From positions 4,199 through 68,198 of the forward strand of contig JBNMKZ010000005.1 in NCBI GenBank assembly GCA_050874585.1: a stretch of DNA of 64,000 nt, read 5' to 3'. The notes below the pieces were generated by a model. That model was not told where the DNA came from, did no database searches, and was given only the letters and a program-made list of their open reading frames with translations. The DNA comes from Verrucomicrobiota bacterium. GTDB taxonomy: Bacteria; Verrucomicrobiota; Kiritimatiellia; RFP12; UBA1067. Within the stretch, counting starts at the first letter, position 1, and every line of letters starts with the position of its first letter. Positions 28,710 to 38,491 of the stretch are shown here, piece by piece. Both the position numbers and the translations under genes were made by a program.

Positions 28710-31700
28710 TTTCCATTCCTCCTTTCATACAGATTCTCCGCGACCTCCCGCACGGCCGTTCGCATTTCAGGATAGGGCCGGTCACAAATATCGGTCAAAC
28801 CAACTTGCAGGTATTCGCCATCAAAGCGTCCCGTCGTCGCCTGATCACTGAACTGATGCCAGTGAACGCCGACAATCTGCGGATTCTCAAGAGCCGACTT
28901 GACATAGGTTTTCATCTTCTCCGCACGATCGTCCTGATTCTTCGCCTGTCGAACACCCGTTCCAAACGGACCCCGATCCGTCGCTCCAAAGTGGAATTCC
29001 CCTATGAGAACAGGGGCATCCAATTTTGCCGGCAGTCGCCAGTCGTCAATCTTCTCGCGATAGATATTGTAGCTCACCACATCACAATATTTTGCACAAG
29101 ATGCCACGACCTCATCCCTCGCCCAGCCGGCAAATCGACAACCGAGGTAAAGCAAATCTGGATCGAACGCCTTGACGGTCTCCCGTGTCACACGAAAATA
29201 ACGGTCGATGACGAGATTAGAGAATTGGTAGAGATCATCCTTTGCCTGAGGTGGCGGAAGTGAAATCGATGTCCTGAAGTCAAACCAGTCCGAATAGTCC
29301 GATCCCCATCTCGCATTAAGTGCAGGAATCGAACCGTATTTGCCTTTCAGCCACTCTGCGAACGCGAGTTTTGCCGGCTGACTGGGGGGCGACTGAATCG
29401 TCCACTTCGCCAAGTCGGTGCGTCCACCCCAGTTGATTTCATTATCGATGAAAAAGCCAATGCACCACTTATCGTGCGCCGCCCGCCCCTTGGCCTCAAG
29501 TGCGGTTCTTACGCCCTTCGCGAAAGACTCATCCCAGGGGTCTCGAAACTTCCACCACATCCCATGGCTACCCTCAATCGGGCGCGACTGGCATTCGATT
29601 CGTTCCGCATAGGGCGTCTGATCCATCTGACAAATCCGAGCATCACTTGAATTCGCGATCGTGTTCATGCCCCAACTGCGCAATCGACGATGACAGAGCT
29701 CGGCGAAAATAGTGTTGTAGTCCTTGCCGTATTTGCGGAAGAGATTCGCGCTTGAGAAATCATAGACTCTCGTTTCACCTCGCGCCAGAAAGAAGGGCCA
29801 CAGCAGTTCATCGCGAGTCGACCAGAACTCATCCAGCGAAAGATCCTCGAATAGACAATCCCTTGGAGCGGACGGAACACCCGTGCGAGGCGTTCCCCAA
29901 TCCCCATTCATGGGTGTCATAGCCGAAGAGGCCGAAACACGGACGGGACCGAAACTCCAGAAAAGGCATCCAGCTGGGTCGACGAGCCACCATTTCCCGC
30001 TCGAATCCCTGTGCGTCCGAAAGCGTCCCGTTGCCTCCAATTTCGGACCTTTCGCCCATCCGCCAAATGCCGTTCGGTCGTTCGGTCCCGGATGTGTCGA
30101 GAGATCCACTTCCTCCTCCTCACGAGCAGACAAAAGATCCGCCGCGCTATGGGTCTTCCCTGGCCAGTCGCGCCACTTGAACTGGCCAAATGCATCAATG
30201 CACGGCAGGAAGTCCGCCGTCTTCATCCGCATCCACGATTCCGAATCTCGCGGCGGAAGAGCCTTCATCTTATTCTCAAACTGGCCTGTCCGATAAAATG
30301 AATCAACAATGTCGTAGGGGGACATCCGTTTCCAGTCACGCATCAATGGAATTGCACCCCGAGGTGCAATGACAATGGGAGAATCCCACATCGGAACCTT
30401 CTTCAATGTCATGCCATTCGCCTTCCAGACGATGTTCGTTCCAGGAATCTCAAAGACGCGCCCCGTAATCAACTCAAGCCAGACAGGCCGATTCAGTTTC
30501 TCAGGAATCTCAAGGTCTATGCACTCGAACGTGAGGCTGTCGCTCGGGCGCTGATCCGAAAACCAGTAGACACGGAGTGGACTCCCCAGACGGCTAAAGA
30601 GGTTGCAGGAAAGTTTCCGTCTGCCGAACGACACCTCAAGATGCTTCTGTGGAAGCGTCTCATCATCAAACAAGGAATAGACATTCCGCATCGCGTACCA
30701 ACTTGGGCGACGATAGACGAACTCCCGCAGCGTATTCGACCGAATGAGGCCAAAGCTCTGCAGCATAAACGTGTACTGCAGGTCAATCATGGTAAAGGCA
30801 CTGGAAGGAATCGAGCGTGCCGCATCGCCAACGGCGCGGCGCAAGTTCCACTTTGCCTGCGAATATTCCGTCCACTCTATTTCCGACAGGGCGTGTGCAA
30901 ATTCCAACTGTCCCGGACAGCCAACCTCCCCCTGCAGTATATCAAATGACCCCGAATAACTCTTGACGAGTCGCCGAAGGGGCATGGCCATCTGCCAACC
31001 GAACTGGCCCTCGCCCGCCTCATAGGATGTATCAGGATTCGCCGCATACGGATGATAGGCAAAGAGATCCACTAGATTGAGCGCGTTCTCGCGCTTCAGT
31101 TTCTCAAGGACAACGGCATAGTCACTTTTCGACATATCCTTATTCATCGAAATGGCTGTGCAGATAATCTTTGCCGTCGGCTGAAGTTCGCGGACAAGCC
31201 GCGCCGTTTGATAGAACAGTTCAGCGTATTCGTTCGACTGCCCAAAAGGCTCGTTCCAAATCTCCCACTCGTCAACGACATCGCGATAACGCAGGACAAG
31301 TTCCTTCACATAGCGCAACCAAGCCTCCATCGCCGAAGGATTCTCAGTCACTTGTTTGACACGCATGCCAAGCCGGAAGTCGCTTCCCCAGATTGGATTG
31401 CCATAGGAAATGCAAATCCAAGGCTTAACACTCATCGCCGCGCATTCGCGAATCGGCTTGTCGAGCCAGGTAAAGTCATAGACGCCCTTCTCCTGTTCGG
31501 TCTTTGCCCATCCCGAGAAGAAACGCGCTCGTTTCACGCCAAGCATGGGGAGGAACGCCTTGTAGTTATCCCAAATTGCATAATCACGATCCAGCGTCTC
31601 ACATCCAACAGACCATTTGGAGGACTTTATCTGATCGGAGGTGCGTGTCTGCAAGCGACCGATTTCAACCAGTCCCGGATTGACGGCATTCAGCCGTTGC

Positions 31701-31891
31701 CAGGTTACACTTCGTTTTTCCCGCTGAAGCTGATTCGTCGCCGAAACTTGAACCTTATGATCATCCCATGCATCCCATGACTTGAGTTTGGCCGCATCCT
31801 TAAAGCTGACGACATCGGCGGCGAAACATGGTGACGCGCCAATAAACAGTGCAAGAAGAGGCAAAATCCTTCCGCATTTCCACTTCATCAT
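28706..31891 (-). CDS. Secreted two-module glycoside hydrolase: N-terminal clan GH-A catalytic domain (GH39/GH5-like) and C-terminal GH50-like (agarase-family) domain
   Basis: Signal peptide MMKWKCGRILPLLALFIGASPCFA. The N-terminal part has WEIWNEP (acid/base Glu motif). The C-terminal 500 aa (WGMNTIANSS..IGFFIDNEINWGG..LIGEFHFGATDRGPF..VGVHWHQFSDQ) resembles GH50 as I recall it. Confidence 0.55.
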   Translation of the reverse strand: MMKWKCGRILPLLALFIGASPCFAADVVSFKDAAKLKSWDAWDDHKVQVSATNQLQREKRSVTWQRLNAVNPGLVEIGRLQTRTSDQIKSSKWSVGCETLDRDYAIWDNYKAFLPMLGVKRARFFSGWAKTEQEKGVYDFTWLDKPIRECAAMSVKPWICISYGNPIWGSDFRLGMRVKQVTENPSAMEAWLRYVKELVLRYRDVVDEWEIWNEPFGQSNEYAELFYQTARLVRELQPTAKIICTAISMNKDMSKSDYAVVLEKLKRENALNLVDLFAYHPYAANPDTSYEAGEGQFGWQMAMPLRRLVKSYSGSFDILQGEVGCPGQLEFAHALSEIEWTEYSQAKWNLRRAVGDAARSIPSSAFTMIDLQYTFMLQSFGLIRSNTLREFVYRRPSWYAMRNVYSLFDDETLPQKHLEVSFGRRKLSCNLFSRLGSPLRVYWFSDQRPSDSLTFECIDLEIPEKLNRPVWLELITGRVFEIPGTNIVWKANGMTLKKVPMWDSPIVIAPRGAIPLMRDWKRMSPYDIVDSFYRTGQFENKMKALPPRDSESWMRMKTADFLPCIDAFGQFKWRDWPGKTHSAADLLSAREEEEVDLSTHPGPNDRTAFGGWAKGPKLEATGRFRTHRDSSGKWWLVDPAGCLFWSFGPVRVSASSAMTPMNGDWGTPRTGVPSAPRDCLFEDLSLDEFWSTRDELLWPFFLARGETRVYDFSSANLFRKYGKDYNTIFAELCHRRLRSWGMNTIANSSDARICQMDQTPYAERIECQSRPIEGSHGMWWKFRDPWDESFAKGVRTALEAKGRAAHDKWCIGFFIDNEINWGGRTDLAKWTIQSPPSQPAKLAFAEWLKGKYGSIPALNARWGSDYSDWFDFRTSISLPPPQAKDDLYQFSNLVIDRYFRVTRETVKAFDPDLLYLGCRFAGWARDEVVASCAKYCDVVSYNIYREKIDDWRLPAKLDAPVLIGEFHFGATDRGPFGTGVRQAKNQDDRAEKMKTYVKSALENPQIVGVHWHQFSDQATTGRFDGEYLQVGLTDICDRPYPEMRTAVREVAENLYERRNGK

Positions 31892-31907
31892 CGCAAGGCC
31901 CTTTCCT

Positions 31908-33218
31908 TCAGCGGAAACGAATCATCATTCCACGCTTCCCATAGCGCATGAACTCAGATGGTTCCAGTACACCGTTGGAGATACGAATCTCATCCATCAG
32001 GCCTGTAAAAGCCGTCTCCGTAGAAGACGACGCCCCCAGCCAAACATCCCCCATTGCATAACCATAGTTAATGGAGTCTGGTACGGTCTTCTCCCAACTT
32101 GGTTCCTCCGCAAAATCCTTATAGATTTTCACCGTTGTCCATACGCCGCCATCTGCGCGCGGCGTTTCTTCAAAGGTCGCGGCAATGTGATGCCAACGGT
32201 TGTCTCCGATGACAATACCTGTGTTGTCATTGATTGCCGCCTTGTGCGTTTCGCTCCCATTTCTCGTCGCACACCGAATCCGCAACGTGTCAACCGTCCC
32301 CTTCTCGTCCCCGAACGAGAAAGCCCATGCAGGCAAAGTACCATCGGGAGTGGAATTTGCCCGCATAATGCCCGTGTACATCGTCTGCGGGCCACTCTTC
32401 AAGAAAAACTCAACCGTAAAATTCCGCAGAAGTGCAAGATAGGGATTGCGCGAATATTTCACGACGCTTTTGGTAAATGAAAGTGCCGACTCATTACTCT
32501 TTCGGAGAATGTTGTACGCTCGATCGGTTAGCTTCCCCGTCTGATCGGTCGGTACTATCGTCGGTGCCGCTCCTCCCGAAATCGCCGCGTCCGCCGTGGC
32601 AACGGTCAAAGCACCATCACCCTCCCGTGCCACGAATGAGCCATCCTCAAATCCAACCCAGGCAACTGTTCTCACCGATGTGTCGACACATGTTGCACTC
32701 ATGAAGGATTCGGGAGCAAGTGCCCTCATCGTAATGCGAACATCGTCAATGAGGCCATCAAACGAATTGCCATTATCCACACCCGCAAGACAAATGGGGG
32801 TGGTCCCGGCGACAAGTACGCCATTGTAGGTGACTTCTCCGACCTTTACCGAATCACGGAAAAGCGAGACCGTCTTCAATTCCGCATCCACCACAAGCGC
32901 GGCATGATGCCAGTTGCCATCGTTGGTGGCAACCGTATCGACAACAGTCTTGGCACCATCCTTTCCAGTCCCTGCGTAGTATTCAAGAACCGTGGCACTT
33001 AATTTACCGGCCGTTCCTCCGAATCCAAGGTTGAACTGGACATTGCTGCCGCCACGCCGCCTCACGAGCGGAATGTACTGCTTCGCCTGCTCTGTCCTGT
33101 AATAGCACTCAACGGTGAAAGACTTGTTTGTGAAATCATCTCCCGACGGCTGGAATGTCGCATAGGTCTTCTTGTCATCACTTTGCGGCAGATTCCTCAA
33201 GGCCGCGCCATTCGCCAC
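31908..33218 (-). CDS. Two tandem LamG/concanavalin-like domains; no signal peptide of its own. Probably the C-terminal part of the upstream gene.
   Basis: ..DGNWHHAALVVD.. and ..DNRWHHIAATFE.. jelly-roll signatures. The GTG start lies 7 nt after the upstream TAG and is in frame with it. Confidence 0.55.
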   Translation of the reverse strand: MANGAALRNLPQSDDKKTYATFQPSGDDFTNKSFTVECYYRTEQAKQYIPLVRRRGGSNVQFNLGFGGTAGKLSATVLEYYAGTGKDGAKTVVDTVATNDGNWHHAALVVDAELKTVSLFRDSVKVGEVTYNGVLVAGTTPICLAGVDNGNSFDGLIDDVRITMRALAPESFMSATCVDTSVRTVAWVGFEDGSFVAREGDGALTVATADAAISGGAAPTIVPTDQTGKLTDRAYNILRKSNESALSFTKSVVKYSRNPYLALLRNFTVEFFLKSGPQTMYTGIMRANSTPDGTLPAWAFSFGDEKGTVDTLRIRCATRNGSETHKAAINDNTGIVIGDNRWHHIAATFEETPRADGGVWTTVKIYKDFAEEPSWEKTVPDSINYGYAMGDVWLGASSSTETAFTGLMDEIRISNGVLEPSEFMRYGKRGMMIRFR

Positions 33219-33224
33219 CCCTTG

Positions 33225-34310
33225 CTAATCCAGAACGGATGAATAAGTTCGAACCGTGGGCACTGTTTGGCTATCTACCATTGGGTATCCACCGGACTGC
33301 ACGAGAAGAACAGAAGCCCCGACACCTCGGTTCAAAGCCATCGAGTCCCTAAATGACAAGCCTTCGGGCGTCTCAAAATCGGCATGAAGCACAACATCCG
33401 TCGATTCATTGAGATTGGACAACTGGAGGAATTCCGTCGCCTTCAGAACCTGATCGGAAAGTCGCACATGTGCGAGAGAACCGCCGTAGCAACCGGCCGT
33501 CTGGGGCGTTCCCCCAAGATAAAGATCCTCCATCCCATAGGAAAGACCATCTGGCAATGAAACCGATGTCTTGTACTCATAGTCGTAGTAGGCATGGGCC
33601 TTCTTCTCTGCCGCCGAAACCACAAGCGCAATATGATGCCACTTCCCATCGTAAATGGTCGGTGTCGAAACTGTCATCGTCTGGTTGTAACTGCTGACAT
33701 TTGACGCATCCGTCCCCATGGCCCCCGGCTTCGTAAAGCGAACCTGCATTTGACTTGCACTCGTGATGCGTACAGCCCAACTATCGTAGTTGACAACTGT
33801 CGCCCCCGACGATGTGCGCAACTTGCCAGGAATAACGGCGATGCAGTTCCACTGCCCCTGATCCGGCAGATTGGCCTGCTTGCGGACAAACGCCTCAAAC
33901 GTGAACGTCTGAAGGTTCAACTTCCCATCCACATTCGCAATGCGCAAGGCACCCGAAGGATTTGACGATGTTGTCTTGTGGAAATAGAGCCCCAACGCAC
34001 CCGACTTTCGTTCCCCCGTCTGCGGATTCCACACACCCCAACCGTCAGAGAATGCCGTCGTCCCCTGAGGGCAGGAATCACTCCCTTGAACAATGTTAGC
34101 CCCCTGCATGGAAAGCGGCCGCGCCACAAGATCTCCCACTTCACTTGGGAACACCGTCTCAACTGTCGTGCGAACACCGTCCTCAAATGCAAGCGGCCAC
34201 CACCCCACCGTATCCGACCGGGCGACAGTCGTCGCCAAGACGAACGGAAGTGCACAAAGCGCGACGAGCCAAACTGATTTCTCTTGCATCTGACGAGCCT
34301 CCTTGACCAT
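33225..34310 (-). CDS. Secreted LamG/concanavalin-like domain protein; N-terminal part of a likely single ~800-aa gene split by an in-frame TAG
   Basis: Signal peptide MQEKSVWLVALCALPFVLATTVA. LamG signature ..DGKWHHIALVVS... The stop at 33225-33227 is in frame with the next ORF. Confidence 0.6.
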   Translation of the reverse strand: MVKEARQMQEKSVWLVALCALPFVLATTVARSDTVGWWPLAFEDGVRTTVETVFPSEVGDLVARPLSMQGANIVQGSDSCPQGTTAFSDGWGVWNPQTGERKSGALGLYFHKTTSSNPSGALRIANVDGKLNLQTFTFEAFVRKQANLPDQGQWNCIAVIPGKLRTSSGATVVNYDSWAVRITSASQMQVRFTKPGAMGTDASNVSSYNQTMTVSTPTIYDGKWHHIALVVSAAEKKAHAYYDYEYKTSVSLPDGLSYGMEDLYLGGTPQTAGCYGGSLAHVRLSDQVLKATEFLQLSNLNESTDVVLHADFETPEGLSFRDSMALNRGVGASVLLVQSGGYPMVDSQTVPTVRTYSSVLD

Positions 34311-34408
34311 TGATACTGTTAGTTTAGCATATTCAATCCCCCGCGCGCGCTCATTTGCGCAGAAAATGTTCGGCTCATTTGCGCAGCTCTCGGCTCAATT
34401 GTGGTATA

Positions 34409-35572
34409 ATGCGCGTCGTGAAGACAATCCTCTACCTCAAGGGCAGTGAACGGATGCCCTCCGTCCAAAAATGCAATGGGTTCATCCATGGTGCGCACGC
34501 CCATGGATGGCGTGTGCAAGCTCTGACACTGCCTCCTTCGAAATCGCCCAATCTGGAGCGGCTGCTGGCCTTTTGGAAAGCGGATGGCCTCGTCTTTGAC
34601 TGCGGTAGTTTCTCGTTATTCCCCGACTTAGATGATGTTGAATCGTTTCCGACCGTCCTCCTCACAAGCCATTCAGTCGCTGGGTTCTGTTCTGTTGGGG
34701 AAGACTTGCGCAAAACGGCCGAAAGTGCAGCTCGCGAACTCTTCCAACTCGGCTTGCACCATTTCGGATTCGTCCACTTCCCCCATCTGCGCGAATGGTC
34801 CACCGAGCGAGCGCGGCACTTTTGCACTGCCGTTCGACTGAATGGCGGCACCTGTGCCACATACCAAGCCAACGACAAACTTGAAATGATGACATGGACC
34901 GATCATCTGCGGCGATGGATTCGCCGCCTACCCAAGCCCTGCGGGATCTTTGCCGCAAATGACGAGGTCTCCAATCACATCCGCGGCATTTGCGCAACTG
35001 AACGCATCTGCGTCCCAGATGAAATCGCCATCGTAGGCGTTGACAACGATGAATCCATCTGTGCGAATGTTCACCCGAATCTCTCCAGCGTCCTGGCGGA
35101 CAATGAGGCGATTGGCTTTCGTGCCGCACACCTCATGGCCGAACAGTTTCTCCATCCCCGCACCCACGAATCGAAACCTCGACACTTGGCCGTTTCACCA
35201 CTGATGGTTGTCCGACGCGAATCGACACGGCGAAACATCCATGCCGACGAACAGGTTCTCAGAGCAATTGAACACATCCGTGAAAACGCCTGCGCCAGTC
35301 TTCGTGCCTCGGATATCCTCAAACTCTTCAACACTTCACGACGAACGGCCGAAATGCATTTTCGTGAAGCGACGGGTCGATCCATTCTTGACGAAATCCA
35401 GCGCGTACGGATGGAACGCGCCCGTGAACTTCTTTGCGATGGTGCACGTCCCCTCAAGGTGATTGCCAATCTCTGCGGCTATACATCAGAATCATCCTTC
35501 CGGAAGGTCTATTGCGCCCACTTTGGAACACCACCTCGAAAAGGGCTTCACTCCGAAGGACATTTCTCCTAA
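34409..35572 (+). CDS. XylR-type regulator: periplasmic-binding-protein-like sugar-binding domain plus a C-terminal AraC HTH
   Basis: C-terminal AraC motifs (..RRTAEMHFREATGRSILDEIQRVRMERARELL..LKVIANLCGYTSESSFRKVYCAHFGTPPRK). The N-terminal ~270 aa are LacI/PBP-like. The start is approximate (+/-1-2 nt), at MRVVKTILYL just after a TATAAT. Confidence 0.7.
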   Translation: MRVVKTILYLKGSERMPSVQKCNGFIHGAHAHGWRVQALTLPPSKSPNLERLLAFWKADGLVFDCGSFSLFPDLDDVESFPTVLLTSHSVAGFCSVGEDLRKTAESAARELFQLGLHHFGFVHFPHLREWSTERARHFCTAVRLNGGTCATYQANDKLEMMTWTDHLRRWIRRLPKPCGIFAANDEVSNHIRGICATERICVPDEIAIVGVDNDESICANVHPNLSSVLADNEAIGFRAAHLMAEQFLHPRTHESKPRHLAVSPLMVVRRESTRRNIHADEQVLRAIEHIRENACASLRASDILKLFNTSRRTAEMHFREATGRSILDEIQRVRMERARELLCDGARPLKVIANLCGYTSESSFRKVYCAHFGTPPRKGLHSEGHFS

Positions 35573-35590
35573 ACTCTTACACCCATCCGA

Positions 35591-37924
35591 CTACGGCCGA
35601 ACACTGCCAGCGGAAGCTTGATGGAACTCGACTCGCCGCAAGAACCGGATCTGCAGATAAGTAAAGCCTATCAAGGCAACGCCAAGAAACCACGCCATCG
35701 TCGTCGCCGTTGAGAACCGCAGGTTGTTGTAGGCCTCCTTCCAGATCTGCAGCGAAAGAACCTGCGTGGCGTCACCTGGCCCACCAAAGGTAAGAAGGAA
35801 GATTGAACCCATCCCCTGAAAGGCCGCGATAAACGCACCGACAAAGTTAATGACCATAAGAGGCGCAAGTTGCGGAAACGTCACATGCCGAAAACGACCA
35901 AGAATTCCCGCACCATCAATGGCAGCCGCCTCGTAGTAGTCCTGAGGCAAGGATCCAAGCGCGGCAATGTAGATGAGCGAACTAATGCCAGCTCCCGCCC
36001 AAACGCCCGGAAGAATGCAACAGACCATCGCCCATGAGGAATCCAGCAACCAAGACTGCCGCGCAATCCCAAACGACGCAAGAAGTTGGTTGAGAATGCC
36101 ATTTTCCGTTGGATCAAACATCAGCTTCCAGAGAAGCGTGACGACCAGGGCACTCGTCAGGTGCGGCAAGAAGTACAGAAATCTAAAGAAGACCTTGCCG
36201 CGTGGAATCTCGCAGAGCATCACGGCGAGGAGGATGGGTGAGATGAATCCAAGCAAGAGTGTAATGACAACATATTCAAGCGTCCGTAACCACGCCATCC
36301 AGAACCCAGAATCCGTCGCCACGCGAATGAAGTTATCAAGCCCAGCCCATTCAGAATTCCCCACAATGCGATAGTCCTGGAAGGCCATGACGGCGCCTCT
36401 GAAAAGAGGATAATAACTCCAAACCAGTATGGACAAAATCGCCGGAGCAAGAAAGAGCCATGGGGAAAGACGCATTTTCCCTCCCGATTCTCGATCTCCC
36501 CTCTGCCGAGGAGCATTCCGGCGCATCTGCCGCCAAACAAGACCAACGCAAACGAGAATGCAGGCAAGAACAGCACCAAGGATAATCCGTGCAAAAGGAC
36601 GCGCTTTCACTATGCGTGAGCGGTCGCTCTCAAACATAAGCCCTCGATTGGCATCACGCGTAATCGACTCAAGAGCCGCGCCAACATCGAAATGACGGCC
36701 TTCATCGGACAGTAAGATGCCAAGGAAGCGCCGTTGCATCAGATCGCTCGCCGCCTGCCAGAAGCCGACCCAGGGTTCCGTTACGGCCTTAATTTGCCCA
36801 GCTTCAAGATCCTCATACATCTCCCGAATACCAGCCGGCACTGACTTAAGTTCCTCCGCAAAGCCCAATCGCTCCAAGTCGCTCGGGCGGCACCACATCG
36901 CCCTTCCTTCGGCCACATTCCGCCTTGTCTCGGAATCCGCAAGCGCAGGATCGGCCAAGGCCTGCAGGCATGTATAGACGAGGTCGCGATCAGGCTTCGA
37001 ACGGCGACCTGCCGAATCGCTCATCGCATAGAAATGGCGATGCGCCTGAAGGACCCGCGTTCCGCCCTCATCTGCCGCCGGGAATGGCATCAGCCCAATC
37101 CAGTCCGGTGGGAACGCAAGCGTCTCCGTCAGTCGCCTGACAAGATCCTCGCCGCCAAATACAGCGGCAATCTCACCTGAAACAAAAAGCCGTCCAACAT
37201 CATCGGCAACGGAAAGCGTCGGCAATCCACGCACAACATCCAAGCGAACAAGTCCTTGAAGAAATTCAGCGGCACGCCTTGCCTCCGGGCTGTCAAACGA
37301 GGCCTCGTAGGTTCCGTTCGTATCCGTAGCCCGAATCACGTCCCCACCGGCGGACTGCACCCACGGCAAAAATCCCCACGGACGATTCTCAATCGCAAAA
37401 GCCCGACGTCCAGGCCGCGTCAATTTGATGCACCACTCCCTGAATTCACTCCATGTGCGTGGCGCTTTTTCAGCATCCATCCCCGCCTCGCGCACCAAGT
37501 CCTTTCGATAGACGATTCCATAATAGGCAATCGCCGGTGTCGGCAAGGCCCAAACATGACCATCAAGCGTCCGAACACGATCCCAAAGGTCCTTCGCCTC
37601 ACCCGGCTGAACCCATTCGTCCAACGGATAGATGAAACCCTGCGAGACGTCATGTCTCAGAATGTGAAACCACACTTTGTAGATGTCGGGAGCCGTACCA
37701 CCCGCAAGTGCCAGCATAAGCGCGGCACGGCCTCCAGCCCCCGGCAGGACGAGTCCACCCCACTTGACCGGATCGATCTCAGAATTCCGCCGCGCCAGAT
37801 CGAGAATGCACCGTGTAGACGGCTCCTCGGGACGCTCGGGGTCATAGGAGAAAAGGAAACTGACCTCCGTTTTCGCGAAGGTCAGCAACGGCGCAAGCGC
37901 AAGAATCGCCGCGCAGAGTCTCAT
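35591..37924 (-). CDS. Fused ABC-transporter solute-binding protein (family 1) and MalF/UgpA-type permease in one 777-aa polypeptide
   Basis: Signal MRLCAAILALAPLLTFA. About 470 aa are SBP-like. A six-TM permease domain follows with the EAA loop (ALGSLPQDYYEAAAIDGAG). No second permease or ATPase gene is adjacent. Confidence 0.65.
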   Translation of the reverse strand: MRLCAAILALAPLLTFAKTEVSFLFSYDPERPEEPSTRCILDLARRNSEIDPVKWGGLVLPGAGGRAALMLALAGGTAPDIYKVWFHILRHDVSQGFIYPLDEWVQPGEAKDLWDRVRTLDGHVWALPTPAIAYYGIVYRKDLVREAGMDAEKAPRTWSEFREWCIKLTRPGRRAFAIENRPWGFLPWVQSAGGDVIRATDTNGTYEASFDSPEARRAAEFLQGLVRLDVVRGLPTLSVADDVGRLFVSGEIAAVFGGEDLVRRLTETLAFPPDWIGLMPFPAADEGGTRVLQAHRHFYAMSDSAGRRSKPDRDLVYTCLQALADPALADSETRRNVAEGRAMWCRPSDLERLGFAEELKSVPAGIREMYEDLEAGQIKAVTEPWVGFWQAASDLMQRRFLGILLSDEGRHFDVGAALESITRDANRGLMFESDRSRIVKARPFARIILGAVLACILVCVGLVWRQMRRNAPRQRGDRESGGKMRLSPWLFLAPAILSILVWSYYPLFRGAVMAFQDYRIVGNSEWAGLDNFIRVATDSGFWMAWLRTLEYVVITLLLGFISPILLAVMLCEIPRGKVFFRFLYFLPHLTSALVVTLLWKLMFDPTENGILNQLLASFGIARQSWLLDSSWAMVCCILPGVWAGAGISSLIYIAALGSLPQDYYEAAAIDGAGILGRFRHVTFPQLAPLMVINFVGAFIAAFQGMGSIFLLTFGGPGDATQVLSLQIWKEAYNNLRFSTATTMAWFLGVALIGFTYLQIRFLRRVEFHQASAGSVRP

Positions 37925-38478
37925 TCAAGGACGTCCGTCACCATACCACGGGCCACCTTGGCGGCAACGGCCGGCCCCATCAGCGCTTGCAAGACGACAA
38001 GGCCAAACAGAAGGGCCGAACCTGGCGCCTGGCCGGTGATGACATCACCATCCGCCACAACCGGGACATTCGAACTCACGCGGTCAAGACCCATGACACA
38101 TGTCGGGTAACAGGTCACGTGACGGCCAGCATCCACAACCCCCGCATCCGTCAGAACGGTCGGCGCAGCGCAAATTGCGCACAGGAGCCGACCTTCCGAC
38201 TTTTGACGACGAAGCCGTTCTATCACGGCGGTGGACTTCCGCAAGTTCTCCGTGCCTTCTCCGCCGCCGGGAAGGAGAATCGCATCATACGTCTCCTTCT
38301 CCGCGTCAACGAAAAGAGCATCGGCCCGCATCACTATTCCGTGCGCACTAGTGACCTCCAGACTGTCATGAATGGAGGCCGTGACAACGGATACGCCCCC
38401 TCGGCGGAGGACGTCAATTGCACTCACGGCTTCAATATCTTCAAAGCCATTGGCAAGCGGGATTAGGACGGAAACCAT
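37921..38478 (-). CDS. DJ-1/PfpI (ThiJ) family protein
   Basis: LLPGGGEG.. and the nucleophile-elbow AICAAP motif. 185 aa. Confidence 0.8.
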   Translation of the reverse strand: MVSVLIPLANGFEDIEAVSAIDVLRRGGVSVVTASIHDSLEVTSAHGIVMRADALFVDAEKETYDAILLPGGGEGTENLRKSTAVIERLRRQKSEGRLLCAICAAPTVLTDAGVVDAGRHVTCYPTCVMGLDRVSSNVPVVADGDVITGQAPGSALLFGLVVLQALMGPAVAAKVARGMVTDVLE

Positions 38479-38491
38479 TTCTCGTCAATCC

